The position numbers and the translations under genes were made by a program. A DNA stretch of 63,991 bases, counting the filler, from an uncultured bacterium (GTDB lineage: Bacteria; Latescibacterota; UBA2968), in the NCBI GenBank assembly GCA_964471275.1. It is 4 parts of 4 records of this genome, joined end to end, with 100 filler letters (N's around TTAATTAATTAA, not from the genome) between each part and the next. Parts side by side here need not be neighbours in the genome. Positions count along the whole stretch, not along the records: positions 38,802 to 57,591 come from CAYYGZ010000068.1; positions 57,692 to 63,991 come from CAYYGZ010000254.1; 2 more parts are not named here. One strand, given 5' to 3'. Within the stretch, counting starts at the first letter, position 1. Each line of letters starts with the position of its first letter. The notes below the pieces were generated by a model. That model worked only from the letters and a program-made list of their open reading frames with translations, ran no database searches and was not told the DNA's origin. Of the stretch, positions 53,518-62,526 are shown piece by piece.

Positions 53518-54351
53518 ATGGCCAGGATTGCACTGATAGGCGCTGCGGGAAGTATGGGTACGCGTGCGTGGAATTCGTTGAAGGATGATCCGGATTACGA
53601 GTTATATCCTGTGGAGAGCGAGAAGGGAGAGGTCGTGCTCACCGAAAGAGGCATCGAGCCGGTTGCGCAGGCGGATGTGGTTTCTCTGGCGGACGTGGTG
53701 CTGATGACGGTGCCCGATATCCAGGTAGGTAGGATCGCGGCTGGAATCGTGCCACAGATGTCCACCGGTTCGATGCTGATCTGTCTGGACCCGGCAGCTC
53801 CCTACGCGGGTGAGCTTCCGGATCGCGATGATGTGACCTACTTTGTGACCCATCCCGCACATCCACCGGTGTTCAACGATGAAGCCGATATGGAAGCGCG
53901 TCGAGATTTCTTTGGCAGCGGCCAGGCGAAGCAGGCTATCGTGAATGCGTTGATTCAGGGCCCGGAGGAGGATTACGCGAAGGGAGAAGCCATCGCATCC
54001 AAGACCTTCCGGCCTGTTCTGCGGTCTCACCGAGTGACGCTCGAGCAGATGGCGATGCTGGAGCCAGCAATGTCAGAGACTGTGGCCGCGACGTGTATCA
54101 CGGTGCTCCGTGAGGGTATGGATGAGGCAATTCGGAGAGGGGTTCCGGCACAGGCCGCCCGTGATTTCATGATGGGCCATATCAACATCGAGCTGGCCAT
54201 CGTCTTTGATGAGATCAACTGGGAATTCTCTGACGGCGCCAAGATGGCGATTGAAGAGGCCAAGAGCGTTCTGTTCCAACCGGATTGGAAGAAGGTGTTC
54301 GAACCGGATCAGCTGAAGGAGAGCGTGAACAAGATCGTGGGCAAGGGCTGA
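53518..54351 (+). CDS. apnO: D-apionate oxidoisomerase
   Basis: GAAGSMG Rossmann fold, LDPAAPYAG, HPAHPPVFNDE, AKQAIVNALIQGPEE, LEPAMSET, AARDF..GH, FSDGA. Confidence 0.8.
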   Translation: MARIALIGAAGSMGTRAWNSLKDDPDYELYPVESEKGEVVLTERGIEPVAQADVVSLADVVLMTVPDIQVGRIAAGIVPQMSTGSMLICLDPAAPYAGELPDRDDVTYFVTHPAHPPVFNDEADMEARRDFFGSGQAKQAIVNALIQGPEEDYAKGEAIASKTFRPVLRSHRVTLEQMAMLEPAMSETVAATCITVLREGMDEAIRRGVPAQAARDFMMGHINIELAIVFDEINWEFSDGAKMAIEEAKSVLFQPDWKKVFEPDQLKESVNKIVGKG

Positions 54352-54355
54352 TCCC

Positions 54356-55333
54356 GTGCCAGCTTCATCCGACTACACGGTTCTCGAAATCCTGACTGCA
54401 GCCGGAGCAGAGCATGTGACCCTCGATGCGGTCGCTACCCAGGCAGGGGTTTCGACGGCGAAGGTGGAGTCCACGATCGATCTCCTGAACCGGTTGGGTG
54501 TACCGGTCGATTCCCATCCTGCCTACGGTCTGCGCATTTCCGTGCCTTTCGATCTGGTCGCGCTTTCCCGCGTCGTGCACGGACTGAAGCAGCAGTCGAT
54601 TGAGTGGGAGGTCCACGGATATCTCGAGACAGAGTCAACGAACGACCTGGCGACCGCTGCTGGTGACACCGGTGCTCCAGACGGCACGACGTTCCTGACC
54701 GAACATCAGACGAAGGGACGCGGCCGATTGGGTCGGACGTGGCACTCGCCCGTCGGATCCGGGTTGTGGTTCTCCGTTGTGAGAAGACACGATCTGCCGA
54801 TCGACGCGGGGTGGCGTGTGACGCTCGGCGCGGGCCTAGCTGTGGCTCAGGCGATCCAGAATCTGACCGCGATTGAGCCTCAGCTCAAGTGGCCGAACGA
54901 CGTTCTGATTGACGGCCGCAAGGTGGCCGGGATCCTGACCGAGTCAAAAACAGAAGGCGAACGGCTAAAGCAGTCCGTTGTCGGGATCGGTGTCAATGTC
55001 CACCTGGAACGGCGGGAATTCCCGAAAGACCTTCAGGAGATCGCGTGCTCGATCGCGTCGGAAGGTGGGCGTGTGGCGAGAACGGAGCTGCTGATCGGTA
55101 TTTTGGCTGGATTGGAGAGATCGATGAAAATATCGGCTGCCGATCTTCGAATTGCTTGGACCGACATGTGTCCCCACTGGGGGGGGCGGGTCAGAGTCGA
55201 GCGTGATCGGTCTGCAGTAGAAGGCACTGCACTCGGATTGGCGGAAGATGGGGCATTTATGATCGAACTGGATGACGGCACGCGATACCCGGTGCACGCG
55301 GGTGATGTGACACACCTGAGGCCCACGGTATGA
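54356..55333 (+). CDS. birA: Biotin--[acetyl-CoA carboxylase] ligase with N-terminal HTH
   Basis: STND, QTKGRGRLGRTW, LKWPND, KVAGIL, GIGVN. Confidence 0.93.
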   Translation: MPASSDYTVLEILTAAGAEHVTLDAVATQAGVSTAKVESTIDLLNRLGVPVDSHPAYGLRISVPFDLVALSRVVHGLKQQSIEWEVHGYLETESTNDLATAAGDTGAPDGTTFLTEHQTKGRGRLGRTWHSPVGSGLWFSVVRRHDLPIDAGWRVTLGAGLAVAQAIQNLTAIEPQLKWPNDVLIDGRKVAGILTESKTEGERLKQSVVGIGVNVHLERREFPKDLQEIACSIASEGGRVARTELLIGILAGLERSMKISAADLRIAWTDMCPHWGGRVRVERDRSAVEGTALGLAEDGAFMIELDDGTRYPVHAGDVTHLRPTV

Positions 55334-56094
55334 GCATAGCCGGGACCGTTCTCGCAGTCGATGTGGGCAACACGCGGATCAAGGCCAGTCTGTTCGATGA
55401 AGGGAAGCAGCAGCATGCCTTTTCTATCAGCACTCGAGGGGAAGACCTGTCTCTCGATAAGGTGCTCGCGCGGGAAATACCCTCGAGACCTGATGGTGTG
55501 ATTCTGGCTAGTGTCGTGCGCGGGATGTCGGATGTCTGGGAGATGGCGGTCAAGCGCGTCTGGGGGTTGAATCTGATCGTGACTCGTGCAGACTTGCCGA
55601 TCGGTATCGAGGTCGATGTCCCCTGTCCAGACGCTGTTGGAATCGATCGGCTCCTGATGGCGGGGGCGGCCTATGCAGAGGTCGGCGGGGCGACGGTCAT
55701 TGTGGGCGTGGGGACCGCGATCACTGTGGATGTTGTGTCCGGTGACGGGGTCTACATCGGGGGTACGATATCCCCGGGGCTCCGGGTGTCCGCGTGGGCG
55801 CTCGCCGAGCAAACGAGTCTGCTCCCCGAAATCGATCTGGACGACGAAGATGGGGGACTGCCGAAATCGACAACGGACGGGATTCGGACTGGTGTCCTTG
55901 TCGGCTCCGCCGGGATGGTTGACCGGCTTGTAAGAGAACTCGCGGCGAGAGCAGGTCTGTCCGATTATGCGTGCATTTTAACAGGCGGCGACGGAGGTCT
56001 CCTGAGCCCCTACCTGGAGACCGAACACACCCTGTCCGATGATCTCGTGATGAAAGGTCTGGAACATACATACCGGCGACTCTCCGAAGGCTGA
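55330..56094 (+). CDS. coaX: Type III pantothenate kinase
   Basis: DVGNTRIK, GIDR, GTAITVD, GG.ISPG, TGGDG. Confidence 0.92.
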   Translation: MSIAGTVLAVDVGNTRIKASLFDEGKQQHAFSISTRGEDLSLDKVLAREIPSRPDGVILASVVRGMSDVWEMAVKRVWGLNLIVTRADLPIGIEVDVPCPDAVGIDRLLMAGAAYAEVGGATVIVGVGTAITVDVVSGDGVYIGGTISPGLRVSAWALAEQTSLLPEIDLDDEDGGLPKSTTDGIRTGVLVGSAGMVDRLVRELAARAGLSDYACILTGGDGGLLSPYLETEHTLSDDLVMKGLEHTYRRLSEG

Positions 56095-56107
56095 CCGGCT
56101 AAAGATT

Positions 56108-56280
56108 GGGTATCTCGCCGCCGATGTTTCTAACGTTGGGTAGAATGCCCTTACCTGGTGAGACTGGCGGTCAGTCGTGGATTCCGTCAGTGCCAAGGGC
56201 AACGCTTGTATGTCCACTGGGAGGTTGGCGGCTCTGCAGGGACGCAGTTTCATCCGTTGATTGAGCGACCAGGCCAGCAT
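56108..56280 (+). ncRNA. ssrS: Probable 6S RNA
   Basis: About 170-nt rod: inner stem CCTGGTGAGAC (56154-64) / GTCCACTGGG (56212-21), central bubble, outer stem TGTTTCT (56125-31) / AGGGACG (56238-44); followed by a terminator-like hairpin. Confidence 0.55.
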
Positions 56281-56283
56281 ACA

Positions 56284-56321
56284 AGTAAACGGGTCGGTGT
56301 ACACGCACCGGCCCGTTTACT
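56284..56321. terminator. 17-bp hairpin between converging transcription units
   Basis: AGTAAACGGGTCGGTGT-ACAC-GCACCGGCCCGTTTACT. Confidence 0.7.
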
Positions 56322-56504
56322 GTGTACGGGGGGTTTGGGTGTGGGGGGTGGGGGGCGTCGGCTAGAAGTCGACGGTTACGGCTCGCGGTTTTTGCGGATT
56401 TCGTTGGCGAGGCGGCCCTTTTCGGCTTCGATGGAGGTGCGTGAGGAGGCTTCCTGCTGGAGCGATCCCTGCGAGTATAACAGATAGCAGGAGGATTTTG
56501 AGAA

Positions 56505-57329
56505 TCATGCCGATCGGTCCTCGATCATTCCGATCAGAGATTTCAGGGGCTGGAGGTTCCGACTTGCCGTTTCTTGAGCATCATCGAGCGGGGGCGTTTC
56601 GAACACCAGCGGACCCGAGTAATCGATCCTGGTTAGTGCATCAAGACAACCTGAAAGGTCGACATCGCCTTCCCCCAGGAGACAAGAGGTCCGGTCGCTG
56701 CGCGGGTCCTTTACGTGGACCTGGAAGATCCGATCGCCAAGTATCCCGATGTCAGCTACGGGATCGCTTCCCAGCATGAGCGAATTGCCGAAGTCGAAGT
56801 ATACGCCGACTGCCGAGCTGCCGATCGCATCCAGAAGACCCACGACCTCATTACCCGTGATCACGTGGCTGCCACCCACAACTTCCAGTGCAACACGAAC
56901 GCCGGCTTTCTCTGCTCCTGCTGCGACAGCCCTCATTTCCTGCGTCCATCGGTTCGAGGCTTGTTCTTTTGAGAGTTTATGCGGGTTTGTGATCGGGACA
57001 AGAGTCGTCCCGGCACCCAGCGTCTGGCAGACATCGTAGGTGTGGAAGAGAATCTGCTTAGCCGTGGTCCGGTTCGAGATATCGTTGTCGGCGAAGGAAA
57101 ACGACCAGAACGTGTGGAGACAGATCGAGGCGATCGGGATCGAGGATCGTTTGGACCGCTCCTTCAACGCCTCCAATCCCCCTTCACGCCAGAGATCACT
57201 GAACAGGTAGTCGTCTCCACGCGCACCCAGCTCAACACAATCGAACCCGAGTGAAGCCGCTCGCGAGAACACATCCTTCCAGTCGGACCGAAGTACGCTT
57301 TCGAGTGTGCCAATGGTGAATCTGCTCAT
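56505..57329 (-). CDS. Sugar phosphate isomerase/epimerase (AP_endonuc_2 TIM barrel)
   Basis: GFDCVEL, ALE, YFDFGN, HVKD, LGEG.VD, FE. Confidence 0.85.
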   Translation of the reverse strand: MSRFTIGTLESVLRSDWKDVFSRAASLGFDCVELGARGDDYLFSDLWREGGLEALKERSKRSSIPIASICLHTFWSFSFADNDISNRTTAKQILFHTYDVCQTLGAGTTLVPITNPHKLSKEQASNRWTQEMRAVAAGAEKAGVRVALEVVGGSHVITGNEVVGLLDAIGSSAVGVYFDFGNSLMLGSDPVADIGILGDRIFQVHVKDPRSDRTSCLLGEGDVDLSGCLDALTRIDYSGPLVFETPPLDDAQETASRNLQPLKSLIGMIEDRSA

Positions 57330-57591
57330 AGCAATGTTTCCTGATAAGATTTGGTCACGTCGAGATTTTAGTGGCGACTTCCTAGAATGTCAATGATAAC
57401 AAGACTTTGGGAGCGCGCGTCGTGTGCGTTGACATCATCGGATCACCCGTCTATTTTGGATTCGATTGGCCATTCGAGTCCAGGATACATGGATCGCATT
57501 CAGAGAGGAGCAGACATTGAAGACCGGACTCTGCACGATCGCATTTCGAGATCTACCATTCGAGGAAGTTCTCGACCTTGCCGTTTCCGCC

Positions 57592-57691
57592 NNNNNNNNN
57601 NNNNNNNNNNNNNNNNNNNNNNNNNNNNNNNNNNNTTAATTAATTAANNNNNNNNNNNNNNNNNNNNNNNNNNNNNNNNNNNNNNNNNNNN
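57592..57691. other. Artificial contig linker
   Basis: N44-TTAATTAATTAA-N44. Confidence 0.97.
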
Positions 57692-57790
57692 AACCTTAAT
57701 CTTAGGCAGTAAGTCTACGGCATACTGTCTACCACGATAAACTTCCATGATACCCTTCTGTGCACCGTGCCGAATGTAGCGACCGTTCCA
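57692..57790 (-). pseudogene. P-II nitrogen regulator (GlnB/GlnK) fragment
   Basis: RHGAQKGIMEVYRGRQYAVDLLPKIKV is the P-II T-loop region; N-terminus absent, 3' end cut by the contig edge. Confidence 0.7.
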
Positions 57791-57849
57791 GCCGTGTTTT
57801 CCTTTGCTCCGGTATCGTATGTAGAGCCTACCCGAGTCCCATCGATCAG

Positions 57850-58061
57850 CAGTTCCTTGCAACGGACACCCTCGTAGAAACCGGTATCTCCCTGGGGCTC
57901 CTGTTGATGACATTGACGAAGTTCCGCTTGACCGTCCACTCCGCGATTCTATCGGCGGGAATCGCGAGTTTCGTCAGGTTGTCATCCCCTACCTTGCCGC
58001 CCCGGATGGCTGAGCCCAGATCATAGTTGAGGGTCCCTTCGCTGCCGTATATCTCGAGCAA
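57850..58061 (-). pseudogene. Gfo/Idh/MocA oxidoreductase C-terminal fragment
   Basis: LEIYGSEGTLNYDL..WTVKRNFV; TGFYEGVR in a shifted frame. Confidence 0.5.
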
Positions 58062-58207
58062 CGAAGCGGGGACATGTGAAGATCCCTTGGCTGGTACTTA
58101 TGTGTGCTCCAGATTCAGCCCATTCCCTCTCCCGTTCAACGGGTGAGGGCTCAAACAGTTCGGAGACGATAGGCAGACGATCCGAAGGGTCGTTGCTACG
58201 TGATGTG

Positions 58208-59788
58208 CTAGGTGTATATGTTCTCCATCTGCCACACGTCGAGAGAGACGAGCTGTGCCTCCTGGCCCTGTGCGCGGAGCGAAACGCCGGTGCTGTCCGT
58301 CCGCTCTGGGTAGACACGGAGCGCCAGACATTGGCGTCCGTTGACGAAGACTTCTACAACACTCTTGTCTACGAAAACACGCAGTTTCAGATTCTCATCC
58401 TCCGTAAGCAGGATGTGTGTTGTTTCCGGTGCGCGTGATCGCACGTCCGGTGACGTTGACGCATAGGTTGAGTCGAGGGAGATCGCACTCATTACCGTAT
58501 GAGGTCTCCGACTCCGGTCACGGTAACCACGCTCCTTGTAGAAAGAGATACGAGTGTACTCCTCATGGTCGGGTGAGCGGAGAACGTTCAGGTCCACAGA
58601 TGACGCGTTCTTCGGATCAATCTCCGTGGCGATCTCGATCGCGTTGCCGGAGATGCCATCAAGCGTGACTTCCTTATTTGCGGGTAGGGTCATCGTCTTC
58701 ACACGGCAATGGTCGTCGCGCAATGACTCCAGATCCCCGGCCGGTTCCTGATATACGGTGTCGCCCTCAACAGTGAGACGGCGCGGGAGCGTCATGATCT
58801 GATTCCAGTGCTCTGTAGGTTTTCCCGGGTTCATGTTGAAGAGGACGATGATTCCACCATCCTCGTCGGGGGTGGCGGAGGGTGCGTGCACGCCGGCCGG
58901 CCCATAGGGTCCGAAGTTGAACTTGGCGCCGTGGGTGACGACGAATTTGTCGCGTTCGGTGTCATAATCACCCAGGAGATACTGCCCGCCGCTCATGTGG
59001 CTGAAGAAGAGCAGCATGTGACGGTTCCCGATGGGCCAAAAGTAGGGGCAGGCACCGTCATCGCCGACCATCGAGTAGAGGTCGTCCTCGACGAAGGGGT
59101 GTAGATACTCCCAATGTTCAAGGTCCGGGGACGTGTAGAGGAAGTTCGCTCGAATGAGCTTTCCGCCGGGCCCCGTGGGGAGCTGTCCTCCGGTGATCGA
59201 GTAGTAGGCGTCCCTCTTTCTCCAGATGCAGGGGTCGAATACCCGGGGTGGGTGCTGCCCGTCCGGTACGTGTCCGGCAAAAGTCCGTTCCGCGTTCATA
59301 GGCACGACGGCCTTGCCCGCGACTTTTGACCAGTTCAGGAGGAGCGGGTCATCGGAAGTCGCGACCATGTTGCCGACTTCTGTGCCGTGATACATTGCGA
59401 TGACGCGATCCTCTTCCACAAGTGTCGCGCCCGAAAAGCAGCAGCGTTCCGGGTCCGGATAAATGCAGTACGGAAGGTCACGCCAGTGTATCAGGTCGTC
59501 ACTGACTGCGTGCCCCCAGTGCTGACGGGTGTCTTCGGGAGGGTAAGCCTGGTAGAAGAGATGCCAGCGATCCTGCCAGTAGCACAGTCCGTTCGGATCG
59601 TTGAGCATGGCTTCTGGGTTGACGTAGTGGTAGATGGGTCGATGCGGGTCATTCTCGTAAGTCTTGCGCGATTCCAGGAGATGCACCATCAGTGGATTCG
59701 AGGCAAGCGCTTCCTCCTGTTCAGCGAGTGAAGCGGTAGGGAAGGAGTAGAATGGAACTTTGGAGGTGTAGTCGGGTGATTCGGGCAT
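58208..59788 (-). CDS. Glycoside hydrolase family 32 protein (non-canonical active site)
   Basis: HRPIYH, LNDPNG, WHLFYQ, HWGHAVS, FSG, FDP, GACP, LRVFVDKSVVEVF. Confidence 0.88.
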   Translation of the reverse strand: MPESPDYTSKVPFYSFPTASLAEQEEALASNPLMVHLLESRKTYENDPHRPIYHYVNPEAMLNDPNGLCYWQDRWHLFYQAYPPEDTRQHWGHAVSDDLIHWRDLPYCIYPDPERCCFSGATLVEEDRVIAMYHGTEVGNMVATSDDPLLLNWSKVAGKAVVPMNAERTFAGHVPDGQHPPRVFDPCIWRKRDAYYSITGGQLPTGPGGKLIRANFLYTSPDLEHWEYLHPFVEDDLYSMVGDDGACPYFWPIGNRHMLLFFSHMSGGQYLLGDYDTERDKFVVTHGAKFNFGPYGPAGVHAPSATPDEDGGIIVLFNMNPGKPTEHWNQIMTLPRRLTVEGDTVYQEPAGDLESLRDDHCRVKTMTLPANKEVTLDGISGNAIEIATEIDPKNASSVDLNVLRSPDHEEYTRISFYKERGYRDRSRRPHTVMSAISLDSTYASTSPDVRSRAPETTHILLTEDENLKLRVFVDKSVVEVFVNGRQCLALRVYPERTDSTGVSLRAQGQEAQLVSLDVWQMENIYT

Positions 59789-59915
59789 GTTGAGCCTCGG
59801 TGCTGGGTTCCGGTAGAAGCGGGTCCTGAGGGAATTATGAAACTATGAAAGTGGGCATTTTGAAATGGAAATCGGAACCCGGAGGAGAGACCGGCTGCAG
59901 CAAGCTTCGGTGCTT

Positions 59916-60887
59916 CTACCAGGCATCCCCCCACGAGAGGCGGCGAACTCGTTTCCAGTCGGACTTCTGGCTGCGTGTGACTGTGACCTGCCGGAGCCCT
60001 TCGCGCGTGCAAAGTGAAAGGTGTGTGTGACCGGACCGCCGCTGTGGGTGTCTGAGTACACGAGCTGATGCGGATGAACACGATTCTTTGGTCGCCACGA
60101 TGTAGGCGAATTTTTCGTCTTCGTGTCCTATCGATCCAGACTTGATCTGGCGGTGGTGAGAAGATCGGTCGAGTCGTTGAGAGAAGTGGCACCAGTCATC
60201 AGCCGACATCGGACAGGCATCTGCGTGTGGACACGGCGCCGCGATGCAAGCGCCCAATTCAATCAATCGATCTCTAATCGTGCGGATTCGGCCGAAGCCC
60301 GGGACCGTGCCGGGCTCTACGATGAGGAGAGCGGAGCGAGTGGCAGACCAGGCCGCTTCCAGAAGGGGGCCTATCGATGCGTTGCTAAACTCGCCTATGG
60401 CATAGGAGAGGGTGATCAGGTCTGTCTGAGGGAAGGATTCCATCTGTGTGAGGTCGGCAGCCTGCCAATCGGCGGACAACAGGTGTGCGGCGTGGCCTGA
60501 TTCGGCGAGGGATCGACCCAGCGCGATCAAACCGGTGTCTTGCTCTACGAGCGTGATGTTTTCGACAGAAGGGAAAGCGTCCAGTGTCGCCCAGGCCGCT
60601 GTGCCAGGACCCGAGCCCAGGTCGAGGAGACTCGTCAGATTCGGATCCGGCAAGACCGTGTGGATGCGCTCGAGAGCGGAGCGCACAGCGGCATAGGTCG
60701 CAGGCATGCGGACGGTCGCGTAGGCGACACGATGAGCATCAGTCGTGATGTATTGGCGGTCGCGGGGTTGTTGAGCGCGATAGGCTACGGACAGCTCAGT
60801 AGCGGCTGCCGTGAGCGTTCTGGTATCAGCTCGCTCAGACTCTACGGCGATGGCGGACATAAGAGCTGGAGGGAGGTTCATGAACAA
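59916..60887 (-). CDS. Rsm22-family SAM-dependent methyltransferase
   Basis: AY..RMPATY, LDLGSGPGT, VEPGT..GF, APCPH..CP..WCHFS, EDEKF. Confidence 0.9.
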   Translation of the reverse strand: MFMNLPPALMSAIAVESERADTRTLTAAATELSVAYRAQQPRDRQYITTDAHRVAYATVRMPATYAAVRSALERIHTVLPDPNLTSLLDLGSGPGTAAWATLDAFPSVENITLVEQDTGLIALGRSLAESGHAAHLLSADWQAADLTQMESFPQTDLITLSYAIGEFSNASIGPLLEAAWSATRSALLIVEPGTVPGFGRIRTIRDRLIELGACIAAPCPHADACPMSADDWCHFSQRLDRSSHHRQIKSGSIGHEDEKFAYIVATKESCSSASARVLRHPQRRSGHTHLSLCTREGLRQVTVTRSQKSDWKRVRRLSWGDAW

Positions 60888-60980
60888 AGACCTGCCGTGG
60901 CAGATGTCATTGTGAGCTCAGACGAACCGTGTCAGTTCGAGTGCGAGTCGAGAACCGCCCACGCCATCGAGCTTCAAGGG

Positions 60981-62498
60981 TCAGGAATCAGGGAGTGCAG
61001 GCGAACGGACGTTTGGTGATGATCCAGCTCGCCACTCCTGCAGATCGTCAAGCGGGTGAATGGGGCGAGGAAGGTTCTTCCACGTGAATGCCGTCAAGTC
61101 CGACTGAGTGGTTCCTGGTGAATCCACACGGATCATTTTTTTTGTCCATCGCTCGAAAAACTGAAAGTTGCTTGCCGTCTTCACGACGACCATTTTCGCG
61201 TCACTCACGTCCAGTCCAAGGTGTGTGTACAAGATTGGCTGGCTGACCGCAAAGGATCGTCTGGTCTGGAGCACAAGCCGGATGTTGCCGATTGCGATCA
61301 GTGCGGTTGGCCCAATGTCGGAGAATCCGCGTCTCTCGACGTGGGCCTCTAGGCCTTTGGAGAGCGCCGTGACTCGTCCGTGGATCTCTACGGGCGACGA
61401 AAAGATATTGTCCACCTTTCCACCGACAGAGAGGGTCACGTCAGCACCGATCCCCGCCTTTTCGGCTTCGATCTGGGCTTCCGGGTCCAGCATCGGAACA
61501 AACGCGATTTCGGAAACGTCTTCACTGAGCAACGTCTTCAGGATACACGTGCTGTCACCGGGAGCACCGCCGTAGACCGAGTCTCCGGTGTCGGACAGGA
61601 TGATGAGTCCTTTCGGAGCAGCAACCGCCTGGCGGACAGCATCCACCGGAGCCAAGCGGGATGACTCCCAGAACTGATCACGCGCTTCCCAAGCCTGATC
61701 GGCGAGCTGGTGGGCCATTTCCTGCGCGGCATCGGCATTGCCGTCGGTGTAGACAAGCGTAGACCACCCACCCTCCTTGACATCCAGCCAGGGCTGCATC
61801 GGGAACGGAGATGCGGTCAACACGTGGTCCTGACCCTCAAGGGCCCGTGCCGAATCGAACCATTCCTTCATCGGTCCCCCGGAGGTCAGGAACTGGTCCT
61901 GTTGAGTGATCATGGGGATCTTCCGGAAGCCGACAGACGGCTTACATCTACCCGCGAAGATCGGGAAGCACAATTCAGCGGCAACTCGCCCCGTATCGTA
62001 GGGGTCGTGAGGCTGTGTCCGATGCCCCACGATCAGGTCAGTGTGGCGAACCATTCGATCGGTGATATTCGCGTGGTGATCCAGCGGTGACACGATCGGC
62101 ACATCCGGGCCGATAACTTTGCGGACCGCCTCAAGAAGGTAACCCTCAACGTCGTCATCCTTGTCCGCAGCAGCAGCGCCGTGCTGAGCAAAGAAGAAGC
62201 CGTCCAGAGGAAGTGCCTTCCGCAAACCCTCGGCCAGACACCCTTCGAAGTGGTCGAGTGTGTCGTTTGTAATCCATCCCCCTGCACCTGCCCACGCTCG
62301 GATGATCGGGAAAAGATCGATCGTTTCATCGCGCGTCTCAACGAAATCAAGGAACGCCCCGATCATTCCTTCGCCTTTGAACATGTTGACGATCTCGTTC
62401 CCATAGAAGAGACCGTGACTCCTGAACAGTTCCAATGTCGTGGGAAGCGGACTAAAAGTATCCGTTTCCTGGCCAATTTCCGCGACAGCAATTCTCAT
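60981..62498 (-). CDS. M81 family metallopeptidase (MlrC-like)
   Basis: QETDTFSP, HGA, DVEG, LDHHAN, PHD, DTGDSVYGG.PGD, LPRPIHPLD. Confidence 0.88.
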   Translation of the reverse strand: MRIAVAEIGQETDTFSPLPTTLELFRSHGLFYGNEIVNMFKGEGMIGAFLDFVETRDETIDLFPIIRAWAGAGGWITNDTLDHFEGCLAEGLRKALPLDGFFFAQHGAAAADKDDDVEGYLLEAVRKVIGPDVPIVSPLDHHANITDRMVRHTDLIVGHRTQPHDPYDTGRVAAELCFPIFAGRCKPSVGFRKIPMITQQDQFLTSGGPMKEWFDSARALEGQDHVLTASPFPMQPWLDVKEGGWSTLVYTDGNADAAQEMAHQLADQAWEARDQFWESSRLAPVDAVRQAVAAPKGLIILSDTGDSVYGGAPGDSTCILKTLLSEDVSEIAFVPMLDPEAQIEAEKAGIGADVTLSVGGKVDNIFSSPVEIHGRVTALSKGLEAHVERRGFSDIGPTALIAIGNIRLVLQTRRSFAVSQPILYTHLGLDVSDAKMVVVKTASNFQFFERWTKKMIRVDSPGTTQSDLTAFTWKNLPRPIHPLDDLQEWRAGSSPNVRSPALPDS

Positions 62499-62526
62499 AT
62501 GTTTCCTGTGTGATTACACACTCTGG

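Noticed and set aside
53518..55333. Functional link between birA and the RLP transcarboxylation
   Set aside because: RLP chemistry is biotin-independent and birA-coaX is a common housekeeping pair, so the adjacency is likely incidental
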